20,000 nucleotides of DNA from Malassezia furfur (lineage: Eukaryota), in assembly GCA_052055015.1 (NCBI GenBank), contig JBQJIT010000008.1. One strand, 5' to 3'. Positions within the stretch are counted from its first letter, which is position 1. Every line of letters begins with the position of its first letter. The translations under genes were made by a program, and so were the position numbers. This document shows positions 8,787 through 17,018 of the stretch, in pieces. The notes beneath the pieces were generated by a model. It saw only the letters and a list, made by a program, of their open reading frames with translations. It was not told the origin of the DNA and made no database searches.

Positions 8787-10425
8787 ATGTTCTGTGCAAG
8801 TGCGTCGCGCATGCTGACCCAGTCTCTGGCGAGGCGCCGAAAGAGCCGGTCGTCTCCAAGAAGAGCGGGCTTCTGTTTGAGAAGCGTCTGATTGAGCGGT
8901 ACATCGACGAGCACGGCAAGGACCCGATCACGGGCGAGGAGCTGAGCGTCGACGACCTGCTGCCGGTCAAGTCGTGTACGTCGCGCCGCCCCACTCACCC
9001 AGCGCAGCACACGGCCTTCCCGCGCCCGCCGTCGCACACTTCTGTGCCGTCGCTGCTGACTGCGCTGCAGAACGAATACGACGCGATGGTCTTTGAGACG
9101 CTCGCGCTCAAGAAGCAGTACGACAGCGTCCGCCAGGATTTGGCGCATGCGCTCTACACCAACGACGCAAGCACGCGCGTGATCGCGCGGCTGCTCAAGG
9201 AGCGCAACGAGGCGCGCGAGTACGTACCCAAGGCTCACCCAGCGCGCTCGCCAACGTGCACGCCTCGCTCGGCACCGCGTCGGCGACCGACGACGTCGAC
9301 ATGGCGCCCGCCGAGGCCGCGACCGACGCGGCGCTCCCCGCCGACCTGCTCACGGCGATCGACGAGACGGCCTCGGCGCTCTCGAGCGAGCGCCGCGCGC
9401 GCATCAAGCGCGGCGCACCCGAGGGGTATACGACGCCGGCGTCGGCCGCCTCGTTGCAGCAGGTCGCGTCGATGACGTCGGTGCACGGTGCCTCTGCACC
9501 GGGCGTGACTGCCCTCGATGTCAGCGCCAATGGCCAGCTCGTACTGACCGGCGGCAAGGACAAGGCGGTGCTCGTGCTCGACCGCGCCTCGCAAAAGGTG
9601 CTGTCCACGTTCAAGGGCCACACCAAGCCAATCCACGCCGTGGCGTTCGCCGCGCGTGCGAATCCGCCGGTGGGCGCCGCCGCCGCGGAGCTGCCGCCGC
9701 CGCCGTACGCGGTGAGCGCGAGCGCCGACAAGACGCTGCGTGTATACGCGGCCAAGGACAACAACACCTACGGCCTCGCCCACACCCTCAAGGGCTATGC
9801 CGATGAGGTGACCGGCGCCGACATCCACCCCACCGACCTGCTCGTCGGCAGTGCGAGCCGCGACGGATCGTGGGCGCTGCACGCGCTCACGTCGGGTGAG
9901 CGCGTGCTGCACGTTGGTGCGCCCGACGCGGACGACGATGGGGGCTACGAGTATGAGTCCTTTGCCTTCCACCCCGACGGGCAGCTTGCCGCCACGGGCA
10001 CGGCCGGCGGCGCGATCCGCGTGTGGGACGTGAAGCAGGGCAAGCAGAGCGCCGTGTTCCGCGGGCATGACGGTGCGGTGCACTCGCTGAGCTTCTCGCC
10101 GAACGGCTACCTGCTTGCCGCTGCGTCGCGCGGCGCGTCCGTCGTCAAGGTGTGGGACCTGCGCAAGCTCGAGGTGGCCCGCACGGTGGAGCTGCCGGAC
10201 AACTACACGGTCGCGCAGGTGCGCTTTGACCCGACCGCGCAGCTGCTCGCGGTCGTGGGTGACGACGTGCGCGTGTTTGGGGGCAAGGCGCTCCAGCTCG
10301 TGTACACCTTTGCCGAAAACCACGCGCAGGAGACCAGCGCGCAGTGGTCGCCCGTCGACGGCGCCCTGCTCACCGCGGGGCTCGACCGGACCGTGCGCAT
10401 GCTCGGCGCAGGCGCAGACGCATAG
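8787..10425 (+). CDS. PRP19: Pre-mRNA splicing factor Prp19 (U-box, coiled coil, WD40), 521 aa
   Basis: Exons 8787-8799, 8823-8975, 9003-9219, 9243-10425 (introns 23, 27, 23 nt). Splicing gives [32 protein letters not shown]...DPITGE, SVPSLLTALQNEYDA, RQDLAHALYTNDASTRVIARL and WD repeats. Confidence 0.96.
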
Positions 10426-10460
10426 CGGACGTAGCGCGACCTACGTGTCCTTCGCTCTAT

Positions 10461-12788
10461 TTAGAACGGCAAACGTGCCTGTGCAACGTAGGCGCGGATC
10501 TTGGCGAGGTCCTTGGCCCCGTCCGTTTCGACGCCCGAGCTGGTATCTGCGCCGATCGCCTGCGACGCCCGCAGCGCCGCGTGCACATTGTCCGGCGTCA
10601 GGCCGCCGGCGAGCAAAAAGGGCGTGCGGGGCGCCCGCGCCGTCCGCGCAAGCGTGGCCACAGGGTCGTACTCGGCGAGCGTCTGCGCCACCTCCCACGA
10701 AAACGCCTGGCCGCTGCCGCCGTCGCCCTGCCCCGCGGCACCCGCCGCATCGAGGATCGCGAGGTGGTGCGTGTTGGGACGCAGCGCCTCGTCGAGCGCA
10801 GGGTGCGCACCCCTCTCCCACCTGTCCAAATCGCGCGGCACCGAAAAGGCGCGCAGCACAAACACCCCGGGCAGGAAGCGCGCCCAGTCGATCGGCTCGG
10901 TGCGCCCGTGGATCTGCACAGCGTCGAGCTGCAGCGCAGTGGCCGTCGCCATGATCTCCTGCACGCTCTGCTCGCGGAATACGCCGACAAGCAGCGGGCG
11001 GTGTGCCGCGGCCGCCGCGATGCGCGACGCATGCCACGCAAACCACTCGGTGGGCGCCACATCGGACGCCGCGAGAGCGTCGGGTGCAGGTGCGCGTGGC
11101 GGCAGCGCACGCACCGCACGCACCACCGCCGCCGCCTGCGCAAGCGACAACGAGCGGCGCGTGCCGGGCGCAAGGATCATGCCGAGCAGCGACGCGCCCG
11201 CCTCGGCCGTGCACAGCCCACACACCTTGACGAGGCGCGGCACCTCGGCGTCGCGCGGCGGCACACGGCCCTGCAGCGCGGCAATGAACGCGCGCTTGTC
11301 CGCCGCGCGCATGAGCGCTTCACCGACGAGCACGGCGCGCACGCCCTGCGCCTCGTACGCCTCGACGTCCGCACGGCCCTGGATGCCGCTGAGTGCGGCC
11401 AAGAGCGTGCCGCGCTCAATGGCCGCATGTGCGAGCTGCGACGTGGTCGACATGTCCACGTCAAAGGTGTGCAGGTTGCGGTTGTTGACGCCAATGACGC
11501 GCGGGGAGAGCACGAGTGCACGCGCCATCTCCTCGGCGGTGTTCACCTCAACGAGCGGGTGCATGCCGAGGCGCATGGCGTAGTCGTACAGCGTGCGCAA
11601 CGTCGCGTCGTCGAGCATCGCGACGATCAACAACACCGTGTCGGCGCCCGCAAGGCGCGCCTCCGCAATCTGGTACACGTCCACGACAAAGTCTTTGCGG
11701 AGGATCGCGGGGCGGTCGACAAGCTGTGCAACCGCCTGGCGCGCAAGCGCCAGGTCCTCGAGCGAGCCTTTGAACCACGTTGGCTCGGTGAGCACACTGA
11801 TGACATGCGCACCGCTGCGCGCGTACGCAAGCGCCTGTGCACCTGCGTGCGCCTGTACATCAATATCGCCCTTGCTCGGGCTCGCGCGCTTCATTTCGGC
11901 CATCACACCGATGCCGCCGCCGCGCTGCAGCCGCGCGGGGAAGTCGATGGGCGGCGGCGCAAGGTGCATCGCGAGCGACGCCTCGAGGTCCGCGAGCGAG
12001 CGGCCGGGCAGCGCACTCGCGGCTGCGACGTCGAGCTTGCGCTGGCGGTAGATGCGCTGGAGGATCGTTTCGCTCTTGGACGGCGCCGGCCCCGACGCCG
12101 GAGCTGGGACGGGCGCAGCGACGACGCCCGCCGCGGCGTTCTCCGTCCAGGACCCCCCGCGCCACGACAAAAAGTTGCCAAGCATGTCCTTACCGCGCTC
12201 GCTGATCACACTCTCGGGGTGGTACTGCACGGCCTCCATGGTGTACTGCTTGTGCCGAATGCCCATGATCACGCCGCTGTCGACGTGCGACGTCGCCTCA
12301 AAGCACGCGGGCAGCGCGGCGATGCGTGTCGCGAGACTGTGGTAGCGCGTGCCGACAAGCGGCGTCGGCAGGCCGCGGAACAGCCCCTTTTGGTCGTGCA
12401 CAATGTCGGAGACTTTCCCGTGGAAGATCTCGCCGGCGTACTCGACGATGCCGTCGAACGCCGTCACCATGCACTGCAGGCCCATGCAGATGCCGAGGAT
12501 CGGGATTTTGCCGACAAAGTGCCGGATGCACGCCATTGAGATGCCCGCATCGTGCAGCGGGTGCCCAGGCCCGGGGCTGATCACCAGGTTGACCGGCTGC
12601 AGCGCGTCGAGCGTCTCGAGCGTGACGCAGTCGTTGCGGAAGATGACGACGTTGGCGCCGCGCTCCACGAGGTACTGTGCGACATTGAAGGTGAAACTGT
12701 CGTAGTTGTCGATCAGCACCGTGATGCCTTGCTCGGGGCCGCGCGGCCCGGGGATCACGATGCGCCCGTCCGCTTCTTCCACCACCAT
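10461..12788 (-). CDS. TRP1: Trifunctional tryptophan biosynthesis protein (anthranilate synthase component II / indole-3-glycerol-phosphate synthase / PRA isomerase), 775 aa
   Basis: TrpG motifs LIDNYDSFTFN, ISPGPGHP, GICMGLQ, RYHSL, VQYHPES. TrpC motifs AEMKRASPSKG, ISVLTEPTWFKGS, LRKDF, GVNNRNL. TrpF motifs VKVCG, VQIHG, LAGGLTPDNV, DTSSGVE. ATG at 12788. Confidence 0.96.
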   Translation of the reverse strand: MVVEEADGRIVIPGPRGPEQGITVLIDNYDSFTFNVAQYLVERGANVVIFRNDCVTLETLDALQPVNLVISPGPGHPLHDAGISMACIRHFVGKIPILGICMGLQCMVTAFDGIVEYAGEIFHGKVSDIVHDQKGLFRGLPTPLVGTRYHSLATRIAALPACFEATSHVDSGVIMGIRHKQYTMEAVQYHPESVISERGKDMLGNFLSWRGGSWTENAAAGVVAAPVPAPASGPAPSKSETILQRIYRQRKLDVAAASALPGRSLADLEASLAMHLAPPPIDFPARLQRGGGIGVMAEMKRASPSKGDIDVQAHAGAQALAYARSGAHVISVLTEPTWFKGSLEDLALARQAVAQLVDRPAILRKDFVVDVYQIAEARLAGADTVLLIVAMLDDATLRTLYDYAMRLGMHPLVEVNTAEEMARALVLSPRVIGVNNRNLHTFDVDMSTTSQLAHAAIERGTLLAALSGIQGRADVEAYEAQGVRAVLVGEALMRAADKRAFIAALQGRVPPRDAEVPRLVKVCGLCTAEAGASLLGMILAPGTRRSLSLAQAAAVVRAVRALPPRAPAPDALAASDVAPTEWFAWHASRIAAAAAHRPLLVGVFREQSVQEIMATATALQLDAVQIHGRTEPIDWARFLPGVFVLRAFSVPRDLDRWERGAHPALDEALRPNTHHLAILDAAGAAGQGDGGSGQAFSWEVAQTLAEYDPVATLARTARAPRTPFLLAGGLTPDNVHAALRASQAIGADTSSGVETDGAKDLAKIRAYVAQARLPF

Positions 12789-12835
12789 CGACGTGCACAC
12801 CGGAGTGACTAGGCGCACGTGACTCGACTCCGACC
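12789..12835. promoter_or_regulatory. 47-bp divergent TRP1/ARP9 spacer with E-box and Gcn4/CpcA-like sites
   Basis: Lies between two opposed ATGs. Contains TGACTA (12806-12811), CACGTGAC (12816-12823) and TGACTC (12820-12825). Confidence 0.55.
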
Positions 12836-14294
12836 ATGACGCGCGAGGCCAGCACGCTGCTGATCGTGCATGACGCCCAGCGCGTGTTTGCGGGCGTTGG
12901 CATCCAGGACCCGTTCGCGGTGCCCGACGTGGTACGTGGTGCGCACTCACCCAGGTCATCCCCGCCCGCGTGGGCCGCCGCGCCGACCACACCTACCTCG
13001 TTGGCTCCGCACTGACCGACGCCGAAACCCGCGGCGAGGAGCTCACGATCCGCTACCCGATCGAGAACGGGCGCGTGGAGGACTGGGACGCGCTCAAGGC
13101 GCTATGGTACGTCCGCCGCACCCCTCACACAGGAACCACGTCCTCGAGGAGCTCAAGGTGCACCCCGCACACAACACCTTCTTTACGATGATTGGCCTCC
13201 CCATGCCGCTGCCGCGCGAGGCCGCCGAGCGCACGGCCCAGATCTTTTTCGAGCAGTTCAACACGCCGGCACTGTCGATCAGTGAGGTGCCGCTGCTCAC
13301 TGCGTACGCGGCCGGCGTCCTCAACGCGCTCGTCGTCGACATCGGCGCCGAAGAGACCAGCGCCGTGGCCATCAGCGACTGTGCGGTGCTGCCCACCACC
13401 GCGGTGCTCAGCAAGCTCGGCTCGGTGCACTGCACCTGGTGGCTCGCCTACCTGCTCACGCAGGACGCCGCCGTGACGCGCGCGCTCGAGCCGCTCGTCA
13501 CGCAGGAGCTCAGCATGAGTGCGCTCGCCTATGCGCTGGCCCAGGTGCTGGTCGCCGAGGGCAACGTGCGCATCGACGTCTCGTCCAACGTGCAGGGCCT
13601 TAACGAGCCGGACGCGGACGACGCGACGTTCGACGTCGCCGCCGCGCTCGTCGAGGGCCGCGAGCACGACGTGGTCAGCCAGCGCAAGCGCGCGGCGCAA
13701 CAAGAAAAGGCGGACGACACGATCCACGTAGCGTTCCGTGGCGTCCAGGTCCCGATCGGGCGCGTGCGTGCGCGCTTCCACGAGCCGCTGCTGCACCCGC
13801 AGCTTCTGGAGCGCGTGCGCCTCGACGTGCCGGCGCCGCCCGCGGTGCAGCAGGCGCTGCATGCACGTCAGATCGGCGGCGAGCCGATCTGTGTGTCGGT
13901 GCCCGACACGATCATCATGGCCGCTCGGCAGGTGCAGCCGCTCGAGCGGCGCGTGCCGCTCTGGGAAAACGTGGTGATGACCGGCAGCATGACGCAGTTC
14001 AAGGGCCTCGTTCCGGAGCTGCTCCAGGCTCTCACGGCGTTCATGATCAACGAGCAGACCGAAACTGCGCAGGTGGTCGGCGAGCCGAACCCGCAGCAGC
14101 CGCGCAGCGCGCGGGCGCTGCGCGTGCCCGAGTACTTCCCGGCGTTCAAGGATCGCCTCGATCTGCTGCCGTACCTCGGCGCCAACATCTATGCGAAACT
14201 CGTGTTCAACGACATGTCGGGCCGTAACTATATCTCCAAGATGCAGTACAACGACGGTGGCCCCTCGGTAGCGTTTGCGATCGGCAGTGGATAG
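12836..14294 (+). CDS. ARP9: Nuclear actin-related protein, probably Arp9 (SWI/SNF-RSC), 469 aa
   Basis: Exons 12836-12931, 12955-13106, 13133-14294 (introns 23, 26 nt). Actin-fold motifs RYPIENGRVEDWDALKALW, QIFFEQFNTP, ALVVDIG, LWENVVMTG. VPEYFPAFK and YISKMQYNDGGP are recalled from Arp9-type proteins. The subfamily call is less certain than the actin fold. Confidence 0.72.
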
Positions 14295-14358
14295 TATGCG
14301 AGGATTCGTGACAGGGATGTGCGAGGCACCTGGACCCAGCGTGCAGCTACCTAGGTCC

Positions 14359-16006
14359 CTATGCGTTTTCTACGAGCGCGGCCACGCCCGTGGCGAGCTT
14401 CTCGGTGTCCTCCGTGGACGCCGCTTCGGCATACACACGCACGCAGTCCTCGGTGCCGCTCGGGCGAACAAACGAGCGGCCCTGCGGGAACTGCGCAACA
14501 AGCGCGTCAATCTTGGCCTGCAGGCCCGCAGGCGACGTCAGCTTGCGCTCCGCGTCTGTGGTCTGGAACACGGTGCGGTCGGGCACCTGCACCTTGAGCA
14601 GCTTGTTGGGCAGGTCCGTGTAAGCCGCGTTCCACTGCTCGGGACCCCAGCGGCGTGCTGCCAGGATCGCGAGCACCATGAGCATGTCGGAGATCGCGTC
14701 GCCCACCGTCTGGTTGATGAGCTCGGCGAGGTTCTTGAGACGCATCAGCGCGTCCTTCGCCTCGTCGCTCGCGGGCTGCGCGCTCTCCATGGCGGCGCGT
14801 GCCTCGGGCGAAAAGAGCACCGTGCCGTGGCCGTTCGCCTCAAAGTACACACCGATCGCGTACTTGGCCGCCTCGTGGTGCAGGTGCTTGACGCCCGTCG
14901 GCGTGCACGATACGGGCACACGCTGCTCAAGGTAGGCCGTCGAGGCACCGTTCGCGTACGCCGTCTGCACGCATCCGAGCTTGATGTCCAGCTGCGCCTT
15001 GGCGACTAGCTCCGAGAGGTAGTCGGCCGCAAGGCTCGCGATCTTGTCGCCGTCCAGCAGGTGGAAGCTGGCGGCATCGGACGCGGGGCCCGTGAGATAG
15101 TAAAAGACGATGCGGTCCGCGTCGCCGTCAAACGAGCACATCAGCTCGTTCGGACGCACGCGCTCTTCGTCGGCGTAGCCGTCAGGCAACCGCTGCTGCG
15201 TCTTGACAAAGTCGGCGCCGCACCCGTTGTTGAGACGCCCCTGCGTCTCGGTATCGGTGCGCAGCAAAACGAGCGGCAGGCGCGACTCGGGGATGTGCTT
15301 TGTGAGGCCCTGCAGGGCCCGTGCACCCACACCATTGGCGCAGTCGACCACGAGCGGCGGCGGCGCCGGCAGGCCTTCGGTCGCTGCGAGGAACGCGGCG
15401 GCGAGCTTTTCGTAGTAGCCCGTCTCGGTGGGCGTGCCGTAGGCGTCCTTGGTGTTGGCCGTGTTGTGGGCCAGCACGAGGTAGTGCAGCTGCGGGGTGG
15501 TCAGCAGGCCGCCCTCGATCATTTCGGCATTCAGCGCCTGCAGCCCATCGACAATCGCGCCGACCAGCGACGGCGACGAGGGGCGCGTGTCCCAGCCGTA
15601 CACCACGCGCGGGCGCACGTCCAGCGAAATGTGGAAGCGCTGCACAATCGCGTCGAGCGCCGCTAGCAGCTCGTCCGGCGTGCGTGCATTGGCGACGTCG
15701 GTGCACACCGGCTCCCACGCGGCCTCTAGCATCTCGCCGTGGGGATCGACCATCTTCACGCCGTTGTCCGGCTCGGGGTTGTGCGACGCGGTGACCATCA
15801 AACCGACGACCTGGCCGCCGAGCGCCATGCTGCGCAGCGCGCCGATGAGCCCAATACGGAAGCAGGTGCTGTCAAGCAGCGTGGCTCTGCGTGAGTGCGT
15901 TGACATACTTGGTGCGGAAGCCCGCGGTGCCATACACGAGGCGCGCCTCGGGCTTGTGGTGCGCCGCCGAGGCTTGCACAATGACCGACTGGCGGTGCGA
16001 ATCCAT
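14359..16006 (-). CDS. PCM1: Phosphoacetylglucosamine mutase (Agm1/Pcm1/PGM3), 541 aa
   Basis: Exons 16006-15909 and 15886-14359. The 22-nt intron restores YGTAGFRTK-ATLLD. Motifs TASHNP (phosphoserine), DGDADR (metal), YFEANGHG, RSFVRPSGTED. Confidence 0.96.
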
Positions 16007-16050
16007 GACGGGAGAAGAAACACCCCGCCCCGCTTCCGACACCTCCACCT
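16007..16050. promoter_or_regulatory. 44-bp divergent PCM1/MPDU1 spacer
   Basis: Lies between opposed ATGs at 16006 (-) and 16051 (+). Contains a CCCCGCCCC GC-box-like run. Confidence 0.5.
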
Positions 16051-17010
16051 ATGCCGTCCGCGCTGCAGAACATCACGCGGTCGCTGCCGTGGTTCGTGTT
16101 GGACCCGGCGCGGTACCTGCTCGGCGAGGTACGCAGCACACTGCACTCACGCAGCAATGCTTTACGTCGCTTGTGTGGGACGTGAACTGGACCGACGTGC
16201 CGTGCCTCCGCCTCGGGCTCAGCAAGGGCCTGGGTCTCGGCATCGTCGTGTTTGGCAGCATCATCAAGTTTCCCCAGATTTACAAGATCGTGCATGCGCG
16301 CAGCGCGACGGGCATTAGTTTGGCCATGTACATCCTCGAGGTCGTTGCATACACCATCAGCCTCGCGTACGCTATCCGGCTGCATATCCCGTTCAGCACG
16401 TATGGCGAGAATGCGAGCTTGACGCTGCAGAGTACGTTGCTGCGCTCACGCAGACATGATCATCACGCTCCTCATCATTGCCTACTCCCCCATGGACACG
16501 TACTCGCGGCGCGTGACGACCTTTTGCCGCGCGCGCGGCATCACGACCAACACGCTGTACGTGAGCGTCGCAGCGGTCACCATGGTGTTGTGCTCGCTCG
16601 CGCTCGCGTTTGAGACCGCTGTGCCGCCCGCGATGCTCAAGACGCTTCAGTTGTTCACCATCCCTGTGTCGTTGGCATCCAAGGTGCCGCAGATGCTCGA
16701 GCTGCACCGCGACAAGGCCACGGGGCAGCTCAGTGTACTGGTCGTCTTTGCACAGCTGCTCGGCACCCTCGCCCGCGTCTTCACAACGCTCACCGAGACC
16801 AACGACCGCCTGCTGTTCTGGGGCTTTGCGCTCGCCACTGTGTTCAACGCGGTGATTGCCGTGCAGGTGCTGCTCTACTGGAACGGCAACGAGAAGCGCG
16901 CGGCGCTCCACGAGGGCCGCTGGTACGAATCCGTGCCGGTCGGGCGGCGCAACGTGAGCGAGCTGCCGACGACCATTAGTCCTGCACGCGGGCTTCCCAA
17001 GCGCGACTAG
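16051..17010 (+). CDS. MPDU1: Mannose-P-dolichol utilization defect 1 (MPDU1/Lec35) homologue, PQ-loop membrane protein, 303 aa
   Basis: Exons 16051-16128, 16155-16431, 16454-17010 (introns 26, 22 nt). Motifs SKGLGLGIVVFGSIIKFPQI, PFSTYGE, SKVPQ...TGQLS, GTLARVFTT. Confidence 0.9.
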
Positions 17011-17018
17011 TTTCTACA

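Noticed and set aside
10344..12539. 731-aa plus-strand ORF antisense to TRP1, and similar long antisense or alternative-frame ORFs (6531-8177, 9235-10323, 2867-3859)
   Set aside because: Same stop-codon scarcity in high-GC coding DNA, with no family motifs.
12789..12992. N-terminal extension of TRP1 in the ORF track, apparently overlapping the Arp gene
   Set aside because: Starts at a non-ATG codon. The first ATG is at 12788, just before the TrpG motif, so the coding regions need not overlap.
15909..16146. ORF-track N-terminus of the mutase (to 16146) overlapping MPDU1
   Set aside because: Artefact of reading through the 22-nt intron. The conserved YGTAGFR motif lies in another frame starting at ATG 16006.
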